Positions 1 through 7,427 of a stretch of 20,000 nt of DNA are shown here, one piece after another. How positions within the stretch are numbered: the first letter of the stretch is position 1; every line of letters begins with the position of its first letter. A program made the position numbers and the translations under genes. This DNA is from a candidate division WOR-3 bacterium. GTDB taxonomy: Bacteria; SDB-A. The stretch spans positions 52,654 through 72,653 of the forward strand of contig JAFGSQ010000037.1 of assembly GCA_016934535.1 (NCBI GenBank), written 5' to 3'. The notes beneath the pieces are model-generated. The model saw nothing but the letters and a program-made list of their open reading frames with translations, was not told the origin of the DNA and did no database searches.

Positions 1-27
1 GGAGGATAAATCAGCGACATTGAAACC

Positions 28-993
28 TTGAAAGAACTTTCCGAAACTTTTTCGGAGCTTAAAAGAAAACTTAACCAAGTCGTAATAGGCCAGGAGAGGA
101 TGACGGATGTAATAATCTATTCTCTTCTCTGCGGCGCTCACAGTCTGATAATCGGCGTACCCGGTCTCGGCAAAACCCTTACGGTACAGACAGTGGCGTC
201 TCTTCTTGACCTCGATTTCAGGAGAATTCAGTTTACTCCGGACCTAATGCCATCGGACATCACGGGATCTGATGTTCTCGAAGAAGACGCACTGACCGGA
301 AAAAGGGAGTTCAGATTCATAAAAGGCCCTTTGTTCGCCAACATTATTCTCGCTGACGAGATAAACAGAACTCCTCCGAAAACGCAGGCGGCTCTGCTCG
401 AAGCCATGCAGGAGAGGCAGGTCACCGCTTCAGGCAAAACATACGCTCTGCCTTCGCCTTTTTTCGTTCTGGCCACTCAAAATCCAATCGAACAGGAAGG
501 GACTTACCCTCTACCCGAAGCCGAACTCGACAGATTCATGTTCAGCTATACAATGGATTATCCATCGGCCCAGGACGAAGCGAAGATAACGCTTGATACC
601 ACATCCGAAAGGGACGTCACCTTCTCTCCTGTTCTTGGTAAGCAAAAAATGGAAAAATTCAAAAAGCTTGTCGAGAAAATCCCCGTTTCTCAGAGTTTGG
701 TGAACAAAGCGGTTGAAATCTCGAGAGCGACCAGACCGTCGAAGTCTTCACCGAAATGGGCTTCAAAATACATACTTTGGGGAGCGGGGACGAGGGCTTG
801 CCAGAATCTGATTTTCGGTGCCAAAGCAAAAGCCGCAAGCGAAAACAGAAGCACACCGAATGAAGACGATTTGTTCTTTTTTATTGATTACGTTTTAAAA
901 CACAGACTGGTCCTGAGTTTTACCGCAGAAGCCGAGCAGGTAAACCATCAGGACATTTTGGAAATGCTCAAGAAAGAAATAAACCGGAGGTAA
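28..993 (+). CDS. moxR: MoxR-family AAA+ ATPase (start may lie upstream at ATC, position 10)
   Basis: Walker A GVPGLGKT, RIQFTPDLMPSDITG, Walker B ILADEINR and ATQNPIEQEGTYPLPEAELDRF are MoxR signatures. Confidence 0.95.
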   Translation: MKELSETFSELKRKLNQVVIGQERMTDVIIYSLLCGAHSLIIGVPGLGKTLTVQTVASLLDLDFRRIQFTPDLMPSDITGSDVLEEDALTGKREFRFIKGPLFANIILADEINRTPPKTQAALLEAMQERQVTASGKTYALPSPFFVLATQNPIEQEGTYPLPEAELDRFMFSYTMDYPSAQDEAKITLDTTSERDVTFSPVLGKQKMEKFKKLVEKIPVSQSLVNKAVEISRATRPSKSSPKWASKYILWGAGTRACQNLIFGAKAKAASENRSTPNEDDLFFFIDYVLKHRLVLSFTAEAEQVNHQDILEMLKKEINRR

Positions 994-995
994 CA

Positions 996-1712
996 GTGAA
1001 AAAATTCCTTTTGATAGCGATTATGCTTTGTTCAGTTCTTTTATCCGCCGAAGTTCCCTGGTCGGTGGGGGAGAACCTGAGATTTTCAGTACAATACGGA
1101 GCCATTACAGCGGGGGAAGCGGTCATGGTAGTTCAGAGCTACGAAACCGTGTCGGGAAGACAGACATATAAAATTGTCAGTTACCTGAGAACGAACGACT
1201 ATTTTTCCAAAATATTCAGGATAGACGACACTTATCAGAGTTTCATGGACATTGAACTTCTGTCTTCGAGGAAATTTGTAAAGCACATCGAAGAAGGATC
1301 ATACAGGGCTGAAAGAGAGATAATTTTTATTCCGGAATTGAACGTCGCGCTGTATGACGAAGAAAAATTTCCAATTGAAGATAACACGCAGGACCTCCTG
1401 TCCTGCATATATTACGCCAGAACGCTTCCTCTCGAAGTTGGCGAGAAATATCCCATAAACATTCATGATTCAAAAAAGAATTATTCCGGATACATAGACG
1501 TCCTCCGTTCCGAAACAGTCAGCACTCCTCTTGGGGAGTTTGAGTGCGTTGTAGCAAGAGCCACGGTAGAAGGGGCCACTATTTTTGCCAGCAGAGACGG
1601 TCTTGAAGTCTGGTACACTAACGACAACTGGCACATACCGGTTCTCGTCAGCCTTAAAATAATGGTAGGTTCGATTCAAATGGTTTTGGTCGACGCGGAC
1701 ATGGGAAATTGA
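996..1712 (+). CDS. Exported DUF3108-like protein
   Basis: GTG start after GGAGG; signal peptide MKKFLLIAIMLCSVLLSA; motifs GENLRFSVQYGAITAGEA, QDLLSCIYYAR, ETVSTPLGEFEC, VWYTND.WHIPV recalled as DUF3108-like. Confidence 0.75.
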   Translation: MKKFLLIAIMLCSVLLSAEVPWSVGENLRFSVQYGAITAGEAVMVVQSYETVSGRQTYKIVSYLRTNDYFSKIFRIDDTYQSFMDIELLSSRKFVKHIEEGSYRAEREIIFIPELNVALYDEEKFPIEDNTQDLLSCIYYARTLPLEVGEKYPINIHDSKKNYSGYIDVLRSETVSTPLGEFECVVARATVEGATIFASRDGLEVWYTNDNWHIPVLVSLKIMVGSIQMVLVDADMGN

Positions 1713-2767
1713 ACTCCCCTGTCAAACTCACTTCAGTAATAATTGCTGGAGGCAAAGGCGAACGGTTCTGGCCTCTGAGCACCTCCGAAAGGCCGAAGCA
1801 GTTCATAACCCTTTGGAACGCCGACAAAAAGAGCATGCTTGATGTGACTTATGAAAGGCTGGAAACTCTTTCGCCTGGCGACACCTGGATACTTACAACA
1901 TCGTCGCTGAAAGAGCCTCTCAAAAAAGCAGGGTACGGGGAAAACAGGATCATTTTTGAACCGGAGGGAAAGAACACTGCCATGGCTGTCGCTTTTGCCT
2001 GCGTGATGTTCGAAAAAGCGACCATCGGCGTTTTTCCCGCGGACCATGTAATAGAAGGCGAAATTAAATTCCAAAAATGCGTGGAACAGGCCTGCGAACT
2101 GGCAGAAAAAGGCGACATCGTCATTTTCGGAATTGAACCGGACAGAGCGGACACGGGATACGGATACATAGAAATCGGAAAAAAAACAGGTGATAATTCG
2201 CACGAAGTTTCTCAGTTCAGGGAGAAACCGGACCTCGCGACGGCGAAGTCTTATTTAGAGAAAGGCAATTACCTCTGGAACGGAGGGATGTTCGTATTCA
2301 GAACCGACGTAATGCTTGAAGCATTCAGGAAACACGCTCCACATTTCGATGAATCCATATCTTTGCTAAAAAATTACGCGAAGACAAAAGACGGAATTTT
2401 CCTCGAAAGAGCTTATGCGGCAGCGCAATCACAACCGATAGACATAGCAATAATAGAAAAAACCCGAAACGTCAAATGTGTTTCGTGCGATTTTTTCTGG
2501 GACGACGTAGGATCCTGGCTCGCGCTCAGAAGACTGAGAAAACCCGACGCAGACGGCAATGTTGTGATTGGAAACGTGTCAGTTGAAAACGTGAAAAATT
2601 CCATACTTCTTTCGGAAGATTCTCTGCTGGCAATGGGATTGTCTGAAGCAGTAATCGTTCAGGGGAAACACGGCACACTGATTTCCAGCGTCGAAGAAAT
2701 CGGTTCTTTAAAAAAAGCTATAGGACGTCTTAGTGAAAATTCTGCTGGCGACAAACAACAGGGATAA
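1709..2767 (+). CDS. manC: Mannose-1-phosphate guanylyltransferase, monofunctional (no isomerase cupin domain)
   Basis: IIAGGKGERFWPLS..ERPKQF, EPEGKNTA, PADH, TGYGYI, FREKPD, WNGGMF, WDDVGSW; TTG start overlaps the upstream TGA. Confidence 0.93.
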   Translation: MNSPVKLTSVIIAGGKGERFWPLSTSERPKQFITLWNADKKSMLDVTYERLETLSPGDTWILTTSSLKEPLKKAGYGENRIIFEPEGKNTAMAVAFACVMFEKATIGVFPADHVIEGEIKFQKCVEQACELAEKGDIVIFGIEPDRADTGYGYIEIGKKTGDNSHEVSQFREKPDLATAKSYLEKGNYLWNGGMFVFRTDVMLEAFRKHAPHFDESISLLKNYAKTKDGIFLERAYAAAQSQPIDIAIIEKTRNVKCVSCDFFWDDVGSWLALRRLRKPDADGNVVIGNVSVENVKNSILLSEDSLLAMGLSEAVIVQGKHGTLISSVEEIGSLKKAIGRLSENSAGDKQQG

Positions 2768-3338
2768 GCGAAGAGAAATTTCTGACGTACTCTCCTCGGA
2801 CCGGATTGAACTCGTCTTTCCCGAATCTTTGCCTGAAACGCCGCCATTTGTCGTCGAGGATGGATTTTCTTACGAAGAGAATTCGCTTAAGAAAGCCCGC
2901 GCCTTTTCGCTTTGGGCTGGAATGAGCGCCCTGGCGGACGACACCGGACTCGAAATTTCCGCTCTTTCCGGTGAACCGGGAATTTATTCGGCAAGATACG
3001 CCGGCGAAAAAGCTTCCTACGAGGACAACGTCAGGTTGCTTCTTGAAAACCTCAAAGACCAAAGCGACAGAAGAGCAAAATTCGTTTGTGTGATATGTTT
3101 ATACACTTTTTTAAAAGAAAGTTTTTTCTTCAGGGGCGAAATCGAAGGCTTTATATCGTTTTTTCCCTCGGGAAATAAAGGATTCGGGTACGATCCCGTG
3201 TTTGTACCAAATGGACACGGCGTGAGTTTCGCTGAAATGCCTGAGGAATTAAAAAACAAGATCAGCCACAGGGCAAAAGCTCTTGAAGCGTTTTCTCGGT
3301 GGCTGAAATCCGTTGACCTTCGGATTTTGGGCGTTTAA
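2733..3338 (+). CDS. rdgB: RdgB/HAM1 non-canonical purine NTP pyrophosphatase
   Basis: LATNNRDK, ENSLKKA, ADDTGL, PGIYSARYAG, GFGYDPVF, KNKISHRAKA; GTG start overlaps manC by 35 nt. Confidence 0.96.
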   Translation: MKILLATNNRDKRREISDVLSSDRIELVFPESLPETPPFVVEDGFSYEENSLKKARAFSLWAGMSALADDTGLEISALSGEPGIYSARYAGEKASYEDNVRLLLENLKDQSDRRAKFVCVICLYTFLKESFFFRGEIEGFISFFPSGNKGFGYDPVFVPNGHGVSFAEMPEELKNKISHRAKALEAFSRWLKSVDLRILGV

Positions 3339-3341
3339 AAT
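3313..3341 (+). promoter_or_regulatory. Sigma70-type promoter for tRNA-Pro
   Basis: TTGACC (3313-3318), 17 nt, TAAAAT (3336-3341); the -10 contains the rdgB stop codon and ends 9 nt before the tRNA. Confidence 0.75.
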
Positions 3342-3350
3342 GCTTTTATT

Positions 3351-3423
3351 CGGGGTGTGGCGCAGTTGGAAGCGCACCTGCTTTGGGAGCAGGGGGTCGT
3401 TGGTTCAAATCCAATCACCCCGA
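3351..3423 (+). tRNA. tRNA-Pro(TGG), 3' CCA not encoded
   Basis: Cloverleaf: acceptor CGGGGTG/CACCCCG, D-stem GCGC/GCGC, anticodon arm CCTGC-TTTGGGA-GCAGG, T arm GTTGG-TTCAAAT-CCAAT, discriminator A followed by TAAAA. Confidence 0.97.
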
Positions 3424-3451
3424 TAAAACAAATTAAACCTGAAGGCGGAAC

Positions 3452-3856
3452 TTGAAAAAAAAAGTAATAATTACTCTTTTTTTCCTTGCCGTTTTCATAT
3501 CCGGTTTTGTATTGGGTCTGGCACAACCGCCGTGGGTCAGAATGAACGAAAATCACCCCGGACATCTGGAATCACTCCATGAGTTTCCCGACACTTCAAA
3601 CCTGATTTTGTCGGAACATGAAGACAGTTCAAATGACGTCGAATCGGCAGCCGTCCTGACTGTATTGCCCGAAACTTTACAAACTTCAGGGATAATTTCC
3701 GCTGAAACTGTTCATACAGACCCGCCAGGCGAATCAGACACTGCCGTAGATAATACTGAAGTCATTTTTCCGGTTGAAACACAGCCTGAGACGACTGCGG
3801 TTCTGACTGATACCTTCACAGCGCCGATAATTGACGACACTCTTGAAAGGTTTTGA
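3452..3856 (+). CDS. Hypothetical exported or membrane-anchored protein with an acidic Thr/Pro-rich tail
   Basis: TTG start; MKKK plus hydrophobic helix VIITLFFLAVFISGFVLGLA; remainder low-complexity E/D/T/S/P; fills the gap between tRNA and GH57. Confidence 0.6.
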   Translation: MKKKVIITLFFLAVFISGFVLGLAQPPWVRMNENHPGHLESLHEFPDTSNLILSEHEDSSNDVESAAVLTVLPETLQTSGIISAETVHTDPPGESDTAVDNTEVIFPVETQPETTAVLTDTFTAPIIDDTLERF

Positions 3857-3860
3857 AGCT

Positions 3861-5936
3861 TTGCCAAAAAATTATTTCATTCTCGGACTTCACTGCCATC
3901 AGCCCGTTGGAAATTTCGGGTTCGTTTTCGAAGAGAATTTTAAAATGGCCTACGAACCCTTCATAGAAATGATGAAAAAATTCGACAGAATAAAAGTCGC
4001 GTTGCATTATTCCGGTCCTCTTCTCGAATGGGCCGAAGAAAACAATCCGGAGTTTTTAAATAACCTCGCATCTTTCTCCTCCCAGGAAAGAATCGAAATT
4101 ATTTCGGGGGGATTTTACGAGCCCATACTTCCCGCCATACCCAGATGGGACGCGCTGGGACAGATAAAATACATGAACGGGTGGATATTTGAAAGATTTG
4201 GCGTTAAACCGAAAGGATTATGGCTCGCTGAAAGAGCGTGGGAGCCGCATCTACCTTCCTTGCTCTACGACGCCGGAATGAATTTCACATTTCTCGACGA
4301 TTTTCATTTTTTCGGAGCCGGTGTCGCTGAAGACAGACTTGGCGGATATCACGTCAGTGAAGATCAGAATAAAAAAATAAACGTCTTCCCGATTTCGAAA
4401 GACCTGAGATACGCCATTCCGTTTCACCAGGTCGAAGAGGCCGTAAGACTTGTAAAATCGGCGCCGAAAAATCTCAATGGAGATTCTCTTGCCGTTTTGT
4501 TCGACGACGGGGAAAAATTCGGAACGTGGCCCGGAACTTTTCAACACGTATATACAGGAAGCTGGCTTGAAAACTTTTTCAGAGCCATTTCTGAAGATCC
4601 CGAAATTGAGATGATACTGCCTTCGCAAGCGGTGGCGAAACTTTCTCCGGCAGGATTGACCTATTTTCCGGCTTGTTCATATTTTGAACTGACTCAGTGG
4701 TGCCTGCCCACCGAAGCGAGGATTGATATTGAAACTTTTTCTGAGAATGTGAAAAAAAACGGAAATAACGAGAAATACGAAGGATTTTTAAGAGGCGGAT
4801 TTTGGAGAAATTACCTGTCGAAGTATCCGGAATCCAATCAGCTGAACAAGAGAGTCGCGTTGATTTCCGAATCATCGCTCGACGATGACTGCCGGCCAGA
4901 CGAAAAAAGGAAATGTATTTGGAGAGCACAGTGCAATTGCGGATATTGGCACGGTATATTCGGAGGGATATACCTGCCGCACCTCAGAGAAAGCCTCTAC
5001 AAAAATCTTCTGTCGGCCGAGAAAATTCATTTTGCGGAAACAAAAGAAGGATCGGACTGGTCTAAATTATCAGCCGTAGATATCAACTCCGACGGCAGGG
5101 ATGAATTGCTTTATCACGATTCGAAAATCACGGCCGTGATAGATCCTTTCAAAGGAGGAATGATAACAGAGCTCAGCGACAGGGACGTCATGTTCAATTT
5201 TGCCAACTGTCTTACACGAAAAGAGGAAGCTTATCACAGACACATGAAGACCTTGCCGGAAGATAACGACAGTGGAGTTGCGACCATACACGACAAATAT
5301 CTTTACAGGGACCGGGATGCCGCACAATTCCTCTATTTTGACACCGATTCGCAGGGGATTTTTTTCGATCTTGTCTCTCTCGGCAAAGAGAACGAAGACC
5401 CGTTCAGAGATGGAGTGATTTTTGACAGCAGAAAATCCTTCAGAGATTGCTCGACTAAAAAAGAAGGTGATAACTGGATATTCGATTTCGAAAAAGATAT
5501 GACCGAAAAATTTTCTATTAAAAATACAAAAATTTTGACGGCAAATTCAAAGAGAATCATGTCCTTTTATTCACTCGAAAACCTTTCGGATGCCTGTCTT
5601 TATTTCAGGTGTTATATTTGCCTTCTCGTGCCCGAAGCCTTCAGCGAGAAGAGGCGTTTCTCTTTCGGTAACGGCGAAAAATCAGCCTTTCCCGGAGACA
5701 GAACCGAATTCAATGGAAATGCTTTGAAATTTACCGATGAAGTGGTTGGATCAGTATTGACGATGTCTTCCTCCGTATCAGCAGATTGGCTTTTAACGCC
5801 TGCTTATTCTGTTAATCTCAGCGAAAGCGGATTTGAAAAGAACATGCAGTCGGTCATAATATCAGCCGGACGCTGGTTTTGCGAAGACAGAAAAGAAGAA
5901 ATGACGGTTGAAATAAATATTAACAACTGGAGGTAA
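3861..5936 (+). CDS. GH57 4-alpha-glucanotransferase/alpha-amylase
   Basis: HCHQP, GGFYEPIL, WLAERAWEP (nucleophile Glu), FDDGEKFG (acid/base Asp), AQCNCGYWHG. The track starts at 3831; in-frame TTG 3861 after AAAGG and the upstream stop is more plausible. Confidence 0.92.
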   Translation: MPKNYFILGLHCHQPVGNFGFVFEENFKMAYEPFIEMMKKFDRIKVALHYSGPLLEWAEENNPEFLNNLASFSSQERIEIISGGFYEPILPAIPRWDALGQIKYMNGWIFERFGVKPKGLWLAERAWEPHLPSLLYDAGMNFTFLDDFHFFGAGVAEDRLGGYHVSEDQNKKINVFPISKDLRYAIPFHQVEEAVRLVKSAPKNLNGDSLAVLFDDGEKFGTWPGTFQHVYTGSWLENFFRAISEDPEIEMILPSQAVAKLSPAGLTYFPACSYFELTQWCLPTEARIDIETFSENVKKNGNNEKYEGFLRGGFWRNYLSKYPESNQLNKRVALISESSLDDDCRPDEKRKCIWRAQCNCGYWHGIFGGIYLPHLRESLYKNLLSAEKIHFAETKEGSDWSKLSAVDINSDGRDELLYHDSKITAVIDPFKGGMITELSDRDVMFNFANCLTRKEEAYHRHMKTLPEDNDSGVATIHDKYLYRDRDAAQFLYFDTDSQGIFFDLVSLGKENEDPFRDGVIFDSRKSFRDCSTKKEGDNWIFDFEKDMTEKFSIKNTKILTANSKRIMSFYSLENLSDACLYFRCYICLLVPEAFSEKRRFSFGNGEKSAFPGDRTEFNGNALKFTDEVVGSVLTMSSSVSADWLLTPAYSVNLSESGFEKNMQSVIISAGRWFCEDRKEEMTVEININNWR

Positions 5937-5937
5937 T

Positions 5938-6699
5938 ATGGAAAATGATATCGGCGCTATCTTCAACGTACTCAAATACGGATCCGAAAAAGAAAAAAAA
6001 ACTATATACATAAAATTCGGAACGGATGAAAAACTGCTGGGCGAGTTTCTCAAGAACGTGACAAGCTCGGATTATCTCGACAGGATTACGATAGCAAAAG
6101 CCGCTGCCTACGTTCAGTCGAAAAAAATGCTCGGACCAGTCATGGGCCTTTTGAGCGATGAAAACAAATACGTCAGGCAGGCCGCATGCGACGCGCTCGG
6201 AGAAATGGAATACAAGGAGGCGGTTCCTTATCTAACAAAAGAAATGTATTCCGACGAATCGTATATAGTGTGGACGAGAGCCGCAGTGGCTCTCTATAAA
6301 CTCGGCGAAGACAAGGGCGTAAAAATGCTCGTCGAAAATTACAATTTCACTGAACCTATGAAAACAGAACCGGCAGTAACGGAAGCGCTCAGAGAACTCA
6401 AGATAGACCCGGCTACGTTCAAAGGAAAAAAGGAAAAATGTTTTGTAGTCACTGCCTGCGAGGGTGAGAATTCAGACACTGTTTTATGCCTTTCAAGATG
6501 GCGGGATGATTTTCTGATAAAAACTTTATGTGGGAGAACTTTTGTTTCATTATACAACATTGTGGGCCCTCCGGTCGCCAAAACTATTGAGAAATCTGAT
6601 GTTCTCAGAACAGTGGCGAGAAAAACACTTATCCGGCCCTTATTTTATGTAGTATCGAGATATTTAGCCAATGACGACAGGCATTCTGAGGCATCTTAA
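5938..6699 (+). CDS. HEAT-repeat protein with C-terminal CFI-box-CTERM-like domain
   Basis: HEAT units (LLSDENKYVRQAACDALGEM, RAAVALYKLG); C-terminal KCFVVTACEG....V..L..WRD..L.....GR.FV..Y...GPPVA. Confidence 0.8.
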   Translation: MENDIGAIFNVLKYGSEKEKKTIYIKFGTDEKLLGEFLKNVTSSDYLDRITIAKAAAYVQSKKMLGPVMGLLSDENKYVRQAACDALGEMEYKEAVPYLTKEMYSDESYIVWTRAAVALYKLGEDKGVKMLVENYNFTEPMKTEPAVTEALRELKIDPATFKGKKEKCFVVTACEGENSDTVLCLSRWRDDFLIKTLCGRTFVSLYNIVGPPVAKTIEKSDVLRTVARKTLIRPLFYVVSRYLANDDRHSEAS

Positions 6700-6765
6700 A
6701 ATATACATTCATTGTATATGTATTTCTAACGAACTCCGTTTGTATGCCTTTATGAATAATTATTA

Positions 6766-6793
6766 TTGACATTTTTTTTAAAAATGTTATAAG
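6766..6793 (+). promoter_or_regulatory. Sigma70-type promoter for the H1-like peptide
   Basis: Perfect TTGACA 6766-6771, 16 nt, TATAAG 6788-6793 with extended -10 TG at 6785-6786; SD GGAGG 6814-6818. Confidence 0.65.
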
Positions 6794-6823
6794 TAATATA
6801 GTTAACATCAAATGGAGGCAAAA

Positions 6824-6946
6824 ATGGCAGTAAAGAAGAAAGCGACAACGGCGAAGAAGACTTGCAAAACAGCTAAACCGGCGGCCAAGAAAACAGTGAA
6901 AAAAGCCGCGGCGAAAAAACCGGCAGCGAAAGCCAAAAAGAAATAA
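6824..6946 (+). CDS. 40-aa Lys/Ala-rich histone-H1-like peptide (absent from the ORF track)
   Basis: Hand translation MAVKKKATTAKKTCKTAKPAAKKTVKKAAAKKPAAKAKKK*; 17 Lys, 12 Ala, no acidic residues; GGAGG 5 nt before ATG. Confidence 0.85.
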   Translation: MAVKKKATTAKKTCKTAKPAAKKTVKKAAAKKPAAKAKKK

Positions 6947-7058
6947 CACTAGTTATTTCGGAGATCAGGAATCTCTGTGAAAACAAGCGGCTCGAATAGC
7001 ATTTGCTGGTTATCTCGGCGCCGCTGACAGGGTTTTGATGTTTGCTGTTTTTTTCTTG

Positions 7059-7091
7059 AGAGGTTCTCCACGAGGAGAACCTCTTTCGTTT
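7059..7091 (+). terminator. Probable intrinsic terminator
   Basis: Perfect 11-bp stem AGAGGTTCTCC-ACGA-GGAGAACCTCT followed by TTCGTTT. Confidence 0.7.
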
Positions 7092-7135
7092 AGGCTTAAA
7101 ATGTACAACAATCATGGAACACACGGAGAAAGGAA

Positions 7136-7354
7136 ATGTTTTTTGGTTCTGAGCTGAGCGGCCAAAAAGCTGATGAATTCAGCGGCGACGACTCCAATGA
7201 ATTTTTGGAAGCGGACGATTTTGAAGACGGCAGAAAAAAGAGAGTAAAGATCAGAGACAGAAAAACTTCGGACGAATTCCCTTACGAAAGCAAATGGAAG
7301 AAAATGAGCGCGGACAAAAGAAGAAAAAAAAAGAATTTTAAAAAAAAACATTGA
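7136..7354 (+). CDS. 72-aa hypothetical, acidic N-half and basic C-half
   Basis: Purine-rich SD region GGAGAAAGGA upstream; D/E-rich first half, then RKKRVKIRDRK...KRRKKKNFKKKH. Confidence 0.6.
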   Translation: MFFGSELSGQKADEFSGDDSNEFLEADDFEDGRKKRVKIRDRKTSDEFPYESKWKKMSADKRRKKKNFKKKH

Positions 7355-7362
7355 CATTCCCT

Positions 7363-7391
7363 TTGTTTTTTCAAGTCACTTGAAATAGAAT
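7363..7391 (+). promoter_or_regulatory. Putative promoter with a palindromic spacer
   Basis: TTGTTT (7363-7368), 17 nt, TAGAAT (7386-7391); the spacer is the 8-1-8 inverted repeat TTTCAAGT-C-ACTTGAAA. Confidence 0.45.
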
Positions 7392-7427
7392 TTACCTTTA
7401 AATTGAAATCATAAGATCGGCAAATCA

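Noticed and set aside
3351..3423. tRNA as an island or prophage integration site
   Set aside because: No integrase, no duplicated tRNA 3' end noticed in the window, and flanking genes look chromosomal.
3335..3565. Minus-strand 76-aa ORF containing GVIGFEPTTPCSQSRCA
   Set aside because: This is the antisense translation of tRNA-Pro.
6947..7060. SRP RNA, 6S RNA or a known riboswitch
   Set aside because: No SRP loop motif, no long 6S-like rod and no aptamer consensus recognised; kept only as an unknown structured region.
6629..7357. Minus-strand Phe-rich ORFs 6629-6949, 6873-7124 and 7112-7357
   Set aside because: Mirror images of Lys-rich plus-strand genes; promoter and SD signals favour the + strand.
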